A stretch of DNA of 64,000 nt from Candidatus Caccoplasma merdavium. GTDB taxonomy: Bacteria > Bacteroidota > Bacteroidia > Bacteroidales > UBA11471. Location: NCBI GenBank assembly GCA_018715595.1, contig DVLI01000018.1:28348-92347 (forward strand), read 5' to 3'. The position numbers were made by a program, and so were the translations under genes. A model generated the notes under the pieces. That model was not told where the DNA came from, made no database searches, and saw only the letters and a program-made list of their open reading frames with translations. This document shows positions 1 to 8,535 of this stretch, one piece after another (within the stretch, counting starts at the first letter, position 1; every line of letters starts with the position of its first letter).

Positions 1-162
1 CTTATAGTGCGAGACGTCGGGCATGAGTTCTTGCAGCACATCGGCACGTCCCATGCGGGCCATATTGCGACGGTTGCGCCACCGGGCATAGAAATAAAGA
101 ATCCACACAGCCGGCAGGAGCAACAGCAGATAAAGATATTCGGGGTTGGCAAATCGGAACAT
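1..162 (-). CDS. batB: VWA-domain aerotolerance protein BatB, first 54 codons only (runs off the window edge)
   Basis: Hand translation of the minus strand from the ATG at 160-162 gives MFRFANPEYLYLLLLLPAVWILYFYARWRNRRNMARMG..., a BatB-type N-terminal membrane anchor. It starts 12 nt after the batA stop. It is absent from the ORF track because it is truncated. Confidence 0.6.
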   Translation of the reverse strand, partial: MFRFANPEYLYLLLLLPAVWILYFYARWRNRRNMARMGRADVLQELMPDVSHYK

Positions 163-174
163 GGCAATCGTTTT

Positions 175-1158
175 TTATGGGATATTGCGCAGCAGGGTGT
201 GCCGCAAAAGCATCTCGGCCAGCAACAGCAGCAGAGCCGCCATACCCCAGGGGAGGAACAGTTCTTCTTTTTTACTGAACTCCTTGACGACAAGTTTGGT
301 TTTTTCGAGCTTGTCGATTTCGGAGAAAATCTGTTTCAAGACGTCCTTGCTGGTCGCCCTGAAATATTCGCCGCCGGTGGTATCGGCGATTTTCTGCAAC
401 GTGACCTCATCGATTTCGACCGGTGCGTTCTGGTAGGTTATGCCATAAGGCGTCTGTACGGGATAGGGAGCTTCTCCCTTGGTGCCCACGCCTATGGTAT
501 AGACCCTGATGCCAAACGTCGCGGCAATCTGTGCCGCGGTCTCGGGGGTTATATCGCCGGCATTGTTGGTACCATCGGTGAGGAGAATGATGGTCTTCGA
601 CTTGGCCGGGCCCTCCTTGATGCGGCTGACGGCCGTAGCCAGAGCATCGCCGATGGCGGTGGGGTCGTCAATCATTCCGCAACGCACCTCTTTAAGCATG
701 TTGAGCAGGACAGCCCGATCGGTGGTCATGGGACAGAGGGTAAAACTCTCCCCGGCAAAGATGACCATACCGATGTTGTCGGTAGTGCGGCCGGAGATGA
801 ATTGTGCGGCCACGTCCTTGGCCGCTTCGATGCGGTCGGGCTGAAAGTCACGGGCCAACATACTGCTCGAAATGTCGAGCGTGACGACAATGTCGATACC
901 CTCGGTCGACTGGTTGCTCCAATAGTCGGTCGATTGCGGACGTGCCAAGGCGACAATAAGGCAGGCTACCGTGGCAAGACGCAGGACAAAGAGCAGATGC
1001 CGCAGATATTTCTTATAGCTGTTGCCCATGCGGTCGAATGCAAAGGTCGAAGAAATCTGCAACGAGGCTTCGGCTTTCTTGTACTTGTAGACATACCACA
1101 CCACGGCCGGGATAAAGAGCAAGAAAAGCCACAGGTATGACGGGTGTGCGAAATTCAT
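175..1158 (-). CDS. batA: VWA-domain aerotolerance protein BatA
   Basis: 327 aa. N-terminal TM segment MNFAHPSYLWLFLLFIPAVVWYV. VWA fold with MIDAS-like VVTLDISSSM. ATGA overlap with the upstream gene. Sits in a MoxR-DUF58-Bat context. Confidence 0.9.
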   Translation of the reverse strand: MNFAHPSYLWLFLLFIPAVVWYVYKYKKAEASLQISSTFAFDRMGNSYKKYLRHLLFVLRLATVACLIVALARPQSTDYWSNQSTEGIDIVVTLDISSSMLARDFQPDRIEAAKDVAAQFISGRTTDNIGMVIFAGESFTLCPMTTDRAVLLNMLKEVRCGMIDDPTAIGDALATAVSRIKEGPAKSKTIILLTDGTNNAGDITPETAAQIAATFGIRVYTIGVGTKGEAPYPVQTPYGITYQNAPVEIDEVTLQKIADTTGGEYFRATSKDVLKQIFSEIDKLEKTKLVVKEFSKKEELFLPWGMAALLLLLAEMLLRHTLLRNIP

Positions 1159-2279
1159 AATCGAGGCTTATTTGAGGGTCCATATTTTTCCCAGTCGCTT
1201 TCCGATTGGGTGTCGGAGACTTCCGGGGTTGTTTCTTTGGCAGCAGGGGCACCCTGAACCGCCGAGTCGGCAGGCGAACCGTCGGCAGGCGTGGCCGGGT
1301 CACCGGCGGGAACCTCCTGCGGTCGCGTCTCCTCGACGAAGGAAACGGCATTGCGCATGGCCGACTCATTGTCGTCGGGAGCCGGTTTGAGCTTGGCAAA
1401 CTTCACGAAGTCGGCCATTTCGAGAATCTCCTTCATCTGCTTGTTGAAAAGGCGGGTTTCCTGGTTCGAACGCAGTGCTTCGACGATTTGAGCCGAAGTC
1501 ATCTCCATGGCCTGAATGCCAAAACGACCCGAGAGATACTCCCGCAAAATATCGGTAAGATGGGTATAATACTCTTTTTCACGCCCCCCCTGCCACAACT
1601 TCTCGTCGCGTAATTGGGAGAGAGCCATGAGGGCTTTTTCGTGCGGGGGAAGGAGTTCCTCGGGCGACACGTCTTCGCGCTTGCGGGCAAACCGCTTCAC
1701 ATAGATTCGGTAAGCGATGTAGGCCAAGGCTGCCAGAAGGATAACCAACAACACTATCCAACCCCACAACGGCATGTTGTCCCACAGGAGAAGCCACCAA
1801 GCCGACGAAGGAGCCCGCACCCCCTTGATGTCGACAATGGACTGCGTGGTATCGACGTCCATGGGAAGAATTTTAAGACTGAGGGCTTCGGTCGTGAGGG
1901 TATCGACTCCCGACAGGTAGCGGAAGGGCGGAATATAGAAAAAGCCCGAGTCGAACGAGGTAACCAACAGGCTGCGGTCGATTTGTATGCGGCCCTGCCC
2001 CAAGTCGGTCGTGTCGGGACGCGACACTTCGAGTATCTCTATTCCCCGGACAAGGGTGTCGGCAAAAGTGGGTAAAAGCCACACCTGGTCGCCGGCATCT
2101 TGGGCCACTTCGAGGCGTATGCGGGTCTGCTCTCCCATCCACAGGGTCAGCGAGTCAATCGACGCATGCACCGACACATCGGCAGCAACCGCCCGAGCCG
2201 GCGTTCCGGTCGCCATGATGGCGACAAGAGCCAGGAGGCTGAGTGCGATGCGTCGTGTGATTTTATTTCTTAGTCGCAT
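1155..2279 (-). CDS. Bat-operon membrane protein: signal peptide, BatD-like N-terminal domain, then a TM and DUF4381-like C-terminal domain
   Basis: 374 aa. Signal peptide ALSLLALVAIMATGTPARA and a central TM WGWIVLLVILLAALAYIAY. The C-terminal PPHEKALMALSQL...KEYYTHLTDILREYL resembles DUF4381. Located between the DUF58 gene and batA. Confidence 0.6.
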   Translation of the reverse strand: MRLRNKITRRIALSLLALVAIMATGTPARAVAADVSVHASIDSLTLWMGEQTRIRLEVAQDAGDQVWLLPTFADTLVRGIEILEVSRPDTTDLGQGRIQIDRSLLVTSFDSGFFYIPPFRYLSGVDTLTTEALSLKILPMDVDTTQSIVDIKGVRAPSSAWWLLLWDNMPLWGWIVLLVILLAALAYIAYRIYVKRFARKREDVSPEELLPPHEKALMALSQLRDEKLWQGGREKEYYTHLTDILREYLSGRFGIQAMEMTSAQIVEALRSNQETRLFNKQMKEILEMADFVKFAKLKPAPDDNESAMRNAVSFVEETRPQEVPAGDPATPADGSPADSAVQGAPAAKETTPEVSDTQSESDWEKYGPSNKPRL

Positions 2280-2300
2280 ATTCTTTTCCTTCTTTCTATT

Positions 2301-3170
2301 CTATAAACGGCGTTTAAAAAGGTTCATCAACGCCACGACGAAATCTTCGTCGGTAGCTACCGAGGTGATGTCGACGCGACTTTTTTTCAGCGATTCGTCC
2401 ATCTGCGCCTGCCGTTCGTTCCACCAAGCGGCATAGTTTTCGCGCACCCGCCGCGAAGAGGTATCGACCCATACATCGCCTCCCCGCTCGGCATCGTGCA
2501 ACTTGACCAGCCCCACGCGAGGCAACTCGGCCTCACGCTTGTCATAGACCTGTATGGCAACGACATCGTGCTTGCGGTTGGCGATGGTCATGGCCCCGGA
2601 AAAATCTTCGGGGGTGATGAAATCGGAAATGAGGAATACCGTGCAACGCTTCTTGATGGCATTGGTAAGGTAACGCAAGACTTGGGAGAGGTCGGTACCG
2701 GTGTGCTCGGGGGTGAAATCGATGAGCTCGCGTATGATGTAGAGGACGTGTTTCTTTCCCTTCTTGGGGGGTATAAATTTCTCGATGCGGTCGGAGAAAA
2801 AGATGACACCTATCTTGTCGTTGTTCTGTATGGTAGAGAAGGCCAACGTGGCGGCAATCTCGGTCATCATCTCTTTTTTCATTTCACCCACGGCGCCGAA
2901 ATTGCGACTGGCCGAGACATCGACCAGCAACATAACGGTCATTTCGCGTTCCTCTTCAAAAACCTTGACATAAGGACGCTGCTGCCGGGCGGTCACATTC
3001 CAATCGATGTCTCTCACATCGTCGCCATACTGGTATTCGCGCACCTCCGAGAAGGCCATACCCCGCCCTTTGAAGGCCGAATGGTATTGCCCGGCAAAAA
3101 TGTTTCGAGAAAGTCCGCGCGTCTTTATCTCGATGCGACGGACCTTTTTCAGCAACTCGGTTGTGTCCAT
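2301..3170 (-). CDS. DUF58 domain protein (MoxR-associated, VWA-like)
   Basis: 289 aa. Carries the characteristic EVREYQYGDDVRDIDWNVTAR motif. Lies immediately downstream of the MoxR ATPase gene. Confidence 0.9.
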   Translation of the reverse strand: MDTTELLKKVRRIEIKTRGLSRNIFAGQYHSAFKGRGMAFSEVREYQYGDDVRDIDWNVTARQQRPYVKVFEEEREMTVMLLVDVSASRNFGAVGEMKKEMMTEIAATLAFSTIQNNDKIGVIFFSDRIEKFIPPKKGKKHVLYIIRELIDFTPEHTGTDLSQVLRYLTNAIKKRCTVFLISDFITPEDFSGAMTIANRKHDVVAIQVYDKREAELPRVGLVKLHDAERGGDVWVDTSSRRVRENYAAWWNERQAQMDESLKKSRVDITSVATDEDFVVALMNLFKRRL

Positions 3171-3200
3171 AATAATACTCCTTTGCGGGTAACGCGGCGA

Positions 3201-4196
3201 TTAAGGCACTTCGACCTTGTTGAGGATTTCGCTGACGATTTCTTCGGTGGTGATGTTGTTGGCCTCGGCTTCATAGGTAAGGCCGATGCGGTGACGCATG
3301 ACGTCGTGGCATACGGCACGCACATCTTCGGGAACGACATATCCGCGTTGTTTGAGGAAGGCATAGGAACGGGCGGCCAAAGCCAAATTGATGGAGGCAC
3401 GGGGGGAGGCCCCGAAGGCGATCATATTTTTGAGGTCGGCCATACCGTGGTCTTGGGGGAAACGCGAGGCAAAGACGATGTCGACGATGTAGCGTTCTAT
3501 TTTCTCATCGATATACACTTGTTGCACCACCTTGCGGGCTTCGATGATGTCTTCGGTTTTCAGCACGGGTTTCACCTCGGCTTTTTCTCCGGCGATATTC
3601 TGGCGTATGATGAGTTTTTCTTCTTCTTTCTTGGGATAGTTGATGATGACTTTGAGCAGGAAACGGTCGACCTGAGCTTCGGGAAGCGGATAGGTACCCT
3701 CTTGCTCGATGGGGTTCTGGGTGGCCATGACGAGGAACGGGTCATCGAGCTTGTAGGTATTCTCCCCGATGGTGACCTGACGCTCCTGCATGGCTTCGAG
3801 CAGCGCACTTTGCACTTTGGCCGGGGCACGGTTTATTTCATCGGCCAGGACGAAGTTGGCAAAAACCGGGCCTTTTTTTACCAAAAACTGCTCTTTGGCC
3901 TGGCTATATACCATGGTTCCCACCACATCGGCCGGGAGCAAGTCGGGCGTGAACTGTATGCGGCTGTACTTGGCATCGATGAGCGACGCCAACGTCTTGA
4001 TGGCAAGGGTCTTGGCCAATCCCGGCACACCTTCGAGCAAGATATGTCCGTTGGACAGGAGACCTATCATCAACGAATCGACGAGATGTTTCTGTCCCAC
4101 GATGACGCGGTCCATGCCCATGGTAATCATGTTTACGAATGAGCTTTTACTGGCAATCAGCTCATTAAGCTCCCTGATATCTACTGTCTGGCTCAT
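3201..4196 (-). CDS. MoxR-family AAA+ ATPase
   Basis: 331 aa. Walker A LLEGVPGLAKT and Walker B FVLADEINRAPAKVQSALLEAMQE. First gene of the Bat operon. Confidence 0.93.
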   Translation of the reverse strand: MSQTVDIRELNELIASKSSFVNMITMGMDRVIVGQKHLVDSLMIGLLSNGHILLEGVPGLAKTLAIKTLASLIDAKYSRIQFTPDLLPADVVGTMVYSQAKEQFLVKKGPVFANFVLADEINRAPAKVQSALLEAMQERQVTIGENTYKLDDPFLVMATQNPIEQEGTYPLPEAQVDRFLLKVIINYPKKEEEKLIIRQNIAGEKAEVKPVLKTEDIIEARKVVQQVYIDEKIERYIVDIVFASRFPQDHGMADLKNMIAFGASPRASINLALAARSYAFLKQRGYVVPEDVRAVCHDVMRHRIGLTYEAEANNITTEEIVSEILNKVEVP

Positions 4197-4244
4197 AATT
4201 TATCGAGTTTTCTATGGATTAGACAATTTTCTTTTTTTCTGATG

Positions 4245-4252
4245 CAAAAATA
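4245..4252 (-). promoter_or_regulatory. Candidate Bacteroidetes -7 promoter box (TATTTTTG) for the MoxR/Bat operon
   Basis: The plus strand reads CAAAAATA, which is TATTTTTG on the minus strand. This matches TAnnTTTG and lies about 50 nt upstream of the moxR ATG. Confidence 0.4.
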
Positions 4253-4309
4253 GAAATGATTATTTCACATTTAACAATTAGAGTGTTAAATCAATAACAA
4301 CTATCTATT

Positions 4310-4348
4310 AAAAAAAACTAAGTCGCCGCTTCGGTACGAAACGGCGAC
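4310..4348 (-). terminator. Intrinsic terminator after the HU-fusion gene
   Basis: On the minus strand: GTCGCCG-13 nt loop-CGGCGAC, followed by TTAGTTTTTTTT. It lies 13 nt downstream of the stop at 4361. Confidence 0.7.
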
Positions 4349-4360
4349 CTGTTGGAGGGG

Positions 4361-5953
4361 CTAATCGAATTTCTCGTTCAGCACATCGGCAAAGGCTTTG
4401 GCTTTGGCCAACGAAGAGGGGCTGTCCGCGTCGATAGCGTATTTACGCGGGTCGGGAATCTTCACTTCGAGACCTATCGAGAGACGGTTGGGATTGGGCA
4501 TTACATCTTTGTTTTCTTCATAGATGTAAACCCAGAAATCTTTGCTGCCATAAAATTCGAGTGCCAACAGCGTGAGGCGGTCGCCACGGCCAAGACGGTG
4601 CACGGCAATCGGGGGTAAAGCCTGCACGTCGACGGGGTCGGCAACAGGGGTCGTTTCTTTTTCAGAAACAACTGTCGGTGCCGGATTGTTCTCGGCCGGG
4701 AGGGTTTCTTCTTCGGTCGAATGGGGCGTCGCTTCGCGTGCCGTCTCTGCCACCGACGGTTGTTCCGTGGGGAAATAATAGTTCCACGCATCGCTCAGGG
4801 TGATGCCGCGACGGTTCAGGTTCCAGAGTGTACCGCCGGCCAAAATCAGAAGCAAAAACAAGATGGCGCAGAGGGTCGTGAGTATGGGGCGACATTGCAT
4901 CTTGTCCCACATCGAGGGCGCATCGTCGTCTTCTTCATCTTCTTCGTAGTCGGTTGCTTCGGGCCCGTTTGCGACACGAGTCGCGGATACCTCCGATGAG
5001 TCAGAGGGGGCTGTTTCGGCAACAGCGGCAGTTTCCATGCCGGCGCCTTCGGGCTCACACGACTCGCTCCGGGATTCGGGCTCACAGGCAGTTTCACCGG
5101 GGAACTCGACTTCTGTTTTTCCGGCAGAGGTCGCAGCATCTTCCCTGTTGTTTTTTGGAGCGACCTCTTCGGCTGCGGCCTGAGCCTCGGCGACAATCTT
5201 TTCGAAAACGAAATCGGCCAAAGCGTCCAACTCTTCTTCGGTAAGTTTTTTCACCTCTTCTTCCTCTTCCTCACCGGGTTGGCCACCGGCCTCCTCATCG
5301 GTTGTCATTCCGGCATTTCCGGCCTCGGATTCGTCGATATTTTCAACCTCGGGCTCGGAGAGAATCTCCTCCCGGCCCGCTTCATCGGTAGCGGCAACGG
5401 GTTCGGGCGTCGGTTCTGCCCCATCGGGTTCTTGCGAAGTCTCTGCGGAGATTTCGGCATCGGGGGCAGCGCTCTCGGGGACGGCCGCGACTGTTTGGCA
5501 AGTGGCGGCCGTCGTCTCTTCCGGCGAAGTCTCTTCGTCGGTCATGATGCCGACCTCGACCATCTCCTCCTCTTCCGTCTCGTCGGCAGAGTCGTTGTCG
5601 TCGCTCGCAGCGATTTCATCGGGGAGGGCATCATCGGGCAACACCTCGGGAATAAAACAAGAGAAGGGGGCATTGACGGCTTCGCGCATGGTCTTGTCGG
5701 GCGCAAACGAGAGTTTGTAATGGCCGGGTATTTCCATGGGCTCTCCCGTGCGGACATTGACGCTGGCACGAGGCTCCACCCACACCGAGCGGAACTGACC
5801 CAGCCCGTTGATTTTCAGATTTTCGCCCTGCGACACGGTATCGGAAGCCAACGAGAAAAACTCTTTCAAGAACTGCTCGGCCTCCTTCTTGGTGCAATTA
5901 CACTTACGGCTCAGCAAGTCTATCAATTCAGGAAGGGATATTTTGGCATTCAT
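4361..5953 (-). CDS. HU-domain fusion protein: N-terminal HU/IHF-like DNA-binding domain, ~250-aa polyacidic linker, one TM helix, C-terminal LysM-like domain
   Basis: 530 aa. Residues 1-95 are an HU fold (INGLGQFRSVWVEPRASVNVRTGEPMEIPGHYKLSFAP). Residues ~100-350 are E/D/T/A-rich. TM segment RPILTTLCAILFLLLILAGGTLW. The C-terminus HRLGRGDRLTLLALEFYGSKDFWVYIYEENKD...LSIGLEVKIPD is LysM-like. ATGA overlap with the upstream HU gene. Confidence 0.8.
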   Translation of the reverse strand: MNAKISLPELIDLLSRKCNCTKKEAEQFLKEFFSLASDTVSQGENLKINGLGQFRSVWVEPRASVNVRTGEPMEIPGHYKLSFAPDKTMREAVNAPFSCFIPEVLPDDALPDEIAASDDNDSADETEEEEMVEVGIMTDEETSPEETTAATCQTVAAVPESAAPDAEISAETSQEPDGAEPTPEPVAATDEAGREEILSEPEVENIDESEAGNAGMTTDEEAGGQPGEEEEEEVKKLTEEELDALADFVFEKIVAEAQAAAEEVAPKNNREDAATSAGKTEVEFPGETACEPESRSESCEPEGAGMETAAVAETAPSDSSEVSATRVANGPEATDYEEDEEDDDAPSMWDKMQCRPILTTLCAILFLLLILAGGTLWNLNRRGITLSDAWNYYFPTEQPSVAETAREATPHSTEEETLPAENNPAPTVVSEKETTPVADPVDVQALPPIAVHRLGRGDRLTLLALEFYGSKDFWVYIYEENKDVMPNPNRLSIGLEVKIPDPRKYAIDADSPSSLAKAKAFADVLNEKFD

Positions 5954-6237
5954 CGGGCAGAATTCTCTTTAATACGATTTTTCAACACGGCTCCGGGCTT
6001 GAAGGTGAGCACAATGCGCGGGGGAATAAGCATGCGTTTTCCTGTCGCGGGGTTGACGGTGATGCGTTCGAGCTTCTTGCGCGGCTCAAAGGTTCCGAAT
6101 CCTTGTATCGAAACCGAATCCATCGAGATGCTGCGCTCCTTGATGATTTGCAACAGCCCCGAATAGAGGGCATCGACGCTCTTCTTGTCTTTTGCAAGCC
6201 GCTCTTGCAAAATCGAAAAAAACTGTTTGTGTTCCAC
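5950..6237 (-). CDS. HU/IHF-family DNA-binding protein
   Basis: 95 aa. IQGFGTFEPRKKLERITVNPATGKRMLIPPRIVLTFKPG is the HU beta-arm. The only in-frame start giving a full domain is the GTG at 6235-6237. Confidence 0.8.
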   Translation of the reverse strand: MEHKQFFSILQERLAKDKKSVDALYSGLLQIIKERSISMDSVSIQGFGTFEPRKKLERITVNPATGKRMLIPPRIVLTFKPGAVLKNRIKENSAR

Positions 6238-6306
6238 GACAGACGATGTTTTTGGTTTTAAACTGCTATATTACTATTTTTTTCTCAAACGGCCAAATAT
6301 CCGCCT

Positions 6307-6342
6307 GAAAATAGGTCGCCCCGACAAGAAATGCCGGGGCGA
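6307..6342 (-). terminator. Probable terminator after rho
   Basis: 8-bp GC-rich stem (TCGCCCCG/CGGGGCGA) with an 11-nt loop, followed on the minus strand by CCTATTTTC. Confidence 0.5.
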
Positions 6343-6369
6343 GCGTGGATATAGCGGGAATGTGCCGAA

Positions 6370-8322
6370 CTAATCGTTCATCGAAAGCAGCAGCTCTTCG
6401 TTGGAAGAGGTCTTCTCCATGCGGTCTTTGATAAAGGTCATCGCCTCGATCGAATTCATGTCGGAGAGATACTTGCGGAGAATCCACATGCGGTTGAGGG
6501 TATCCTGGCTGAGCAACAAGTCATCGCGACGGGTGCTCGACGCGGTAATGTCGACGGCGGGGAAGATGCGCTTGTTCGACAATTTACGATCGAGTTGCAA
6601 CTCCATGTTGCCGGTACCTTTGAACTCTTCGAAAATGACATCGTCCATCTTCGAGCCGGTATCGGTGAGTGCGGTGGCGATAATCGTGAGGCTACCTCCG
6701 TTCTCGATGTTCCGGGCCGCTCCGAAGAAACGCTTGGGCTTGTGCAGGGCATTGGCATCGACACCGCCCGAGAGCACCTTGCCCGAGGCCGGCGACACCG
6801 TATTGTAGGCGCGAGCCAAGCGGGTTATGGAGTCGAGCAGTATGACGACATCGTGACCGCACTCGACCATGCGTTTGGCTTTTTCGAGCACAATGCTGGC
6901 GACCTTGACGTGACGCTCGGCCGGCTCATCGAAGGTCGACGAGATGACTTCGGCCTTGACGCTGCGGGCCATGTCGGTTACCTCTTCGGGGCGTTCGTCG
7001 ATGAGCAATATCATCATATACACCTCGGGGTGGTTGGCGGCAATGGCGTTGGCAATGTCTTTGAGCAGCATCGTTTTACCGGTCTTGGGCTGGGCGACAA
7101 TGAGTCCGCGCTGGCCTTTACCGATGGGGGCGAACATATCGACGACGCGACACGAGATGTCGTTGCCCTGACTTTTACCGGTGAGGTTGAATTTTTCCTC
7201 GGGGAAGAGGGGGGTGAGATGGTCGAAGGGCACGCGGTCGCGCACATACTCGGGCGAGCGGCCGTTGATGCGGTCGACTTTCACGAGGGGGAAATATTTC
7301 TCGCCTTCTTTCGGGGGGCGTATCGGACCTTCTACCACGTCGCCCGTTTTCAGGCCGAAAAGCTTGACTTGGGCGGGCGAGACATAAATGTCGTCGGGCG
7401 AAGCCAAATAGTTATAATCGGACGAGCGAAGGAATCCATACCCGTCGGGCATCATCTCCAACACACCGACACCGGAGAGTATGCCGTCGAAATCGAATAC
7501 TTTCTCGGGGACTTGCGGCCGATATATCGGAGCGGGGACGTTGTCGGTGTTTCCTTGTGCGGCATTGTTTTTTCCACGGGGCACAAAACGCTGGCGTTCA
7601 CTGCGGGGGAAGAACGTCTGCAAGTGCACATTGTTTTCGACGACGGGCCTGGCCTGAACGTCTTCTTCCCTGCGCGGCGTTTCACCCTCTTCGGCCACCG
7701 ATGCGGGGGCAGCCTGCTCGGGTGCGGCGGCTGGAACTTGTTTGGATTCGGCATCGGCCGGTTCTGCGTTGAGTTTCTGTATTTTGGGACGACGTCCACG
7801 AGGTTTCACCTCGGGGGCAATATCGTTTGCCGTTTCGGCGGGAGATTGAGATTGAAGGTTCTCTTTCGGTTCTGTTTCGGTCGCCGGCGATTCTGCGGGA
7901 GTATTTCCGGAATAAGCAATCTCCACCTGCTCGGTGAGGGCCGGGTGTGAGAAACGTACCCGGCGTGTTTTGGGGGCTGAATCGGTTGCCGGGGCTTCGG
8001 CGACTTCGGTTACCGGGAGAGCGGACTGGGACTCTTCGGCCGGTTTGTTTTTCGGCTTGCGACCACGGGCAGGTTTTTCGGGCGCATTTTCTGACGGGGC
8101 GGTCTCGGCAGCCTTGGCAGGGGCTTTTTCGGCACGTTTGGCATTTGCCTTGTTCTCCCTGGCGGCGCTCCGCTTGCCGGCCATATCGATGGCTTGCTGG
8201 TCGAGTATGGCATATACCAACTCGTCTTTGTTGGGGAAATTTACATCGCCGAGGTTCATTTCCCGGGCAATACTTTGCAATTCATCGAGATCTTTGTCTT
8301 TCAGTTCCAGAATGTTATACAT
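6370..8322 (-). CDS. rho: Transcription termination factor Rho with a long N-terminal insertion
   Basis: Walker A AQPKTGKT and conserved RNA-binding and ATPase domains. I prefer the ATG at 8322 ([16 protein letters not shown], a Bacteroides-type N-terminus) over the track start at 8343. A ~225-aa low-complexity insertion follows the N-terminal helix bundle. Confidence 0.93.
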   Translation of the reverse strand: MYNILELKDKDLDELQSIAREMNLGDVNFPNKDELVYAILDQQAIDMAGKRSAARENKANAKRAEKAPAKAAETAPSENAPEKPARGRKPKNKPAEESQSALPVTEVAEAPATDSAPKTRRVRFSHPALTEQVEIAYSGNTPAESPATETEPKENLQSQSPAETANDIAPEVKPRGRRPKIQKLNAEPADAESKQVPAAAPEQAAPASVAEEGETPRREEDVQARPVVENNVHLQTFFPRSERQRFVPRGKNNAAQGNTDNVPAPIYRPQVPEKVFDFDGILSGVGVLEMMPDGYGFLRSSDYNYLASPDDIYVSPAQVKLFGLKTGDVVEGPIRPPKEGEKYFPLVKVDRINGRSPEYVRDRVPFDHLTPLFPEEKFNLTGKSQGNDISCRVVDMFAPIGKGQRGLIVAQPKTGKTMLLKDIANAIAANHPEVYMMILLIDERPEEVTDMARSVKAEVISSTFDEPAERHVKVASIVLEKAKRMVECGHDVVILLDSITRLARAYNTVSPASGKVLSGGVDANALHKPKRFFGAARNIENGGSLTIIATALTDTGSKMDDVIFEEFKGTGNMELQLDRKLSNKRIFPAVDITASSTRRDDLLLSQDTLNRMWILRKYLSDMNSIEAMTFIKDRMEKTSSNEELLLSMND

Positions 8323-8535
8323 AAAATTCAAGGGTATTTTCATTGCAGCCAGTCAAACATACGACAACCTTTCGCACCGAAAGGTCTATCATGCTGCATC
8401 AATAGAATATGATTTTAATAATAAGATGACGGAACAGGTGTAATTTGAAAAAACTGGGTCGATCCCTATTCCGATGCAAATATATTGGATTTTTTCGACA
8501 TAACAGCCGAAATAGGCAAGAAGTTTTTATGTTAA

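Noticed and set aside
2496-4142. 548-aa plus-strand ORF. Similar long ORFs occur at 7-1140, 6595-7950, 13553-15592, 30121-31800, 35014-36864, 40508-42307, 42789-43583, 43580-44482 and 62719-63894.
   Set aside because: Each lies antisense to a confidently identified gene (DUF58/MoxR, batA, rho, the RND pump, yigZ/nadC, the EF-G paralog, ppk1, the glycosyltransferase, lpxH and metF respectively). Each translates to low-complexity sequence.
8449-8475. tRNA-like T-arm sequence (GGGTCGATCCC) in the rho upstream region
   Set aside because: The flanking sequence is AT-rich and cannot form acceptor, D or anticodon arms, so there is no cloverleaf.
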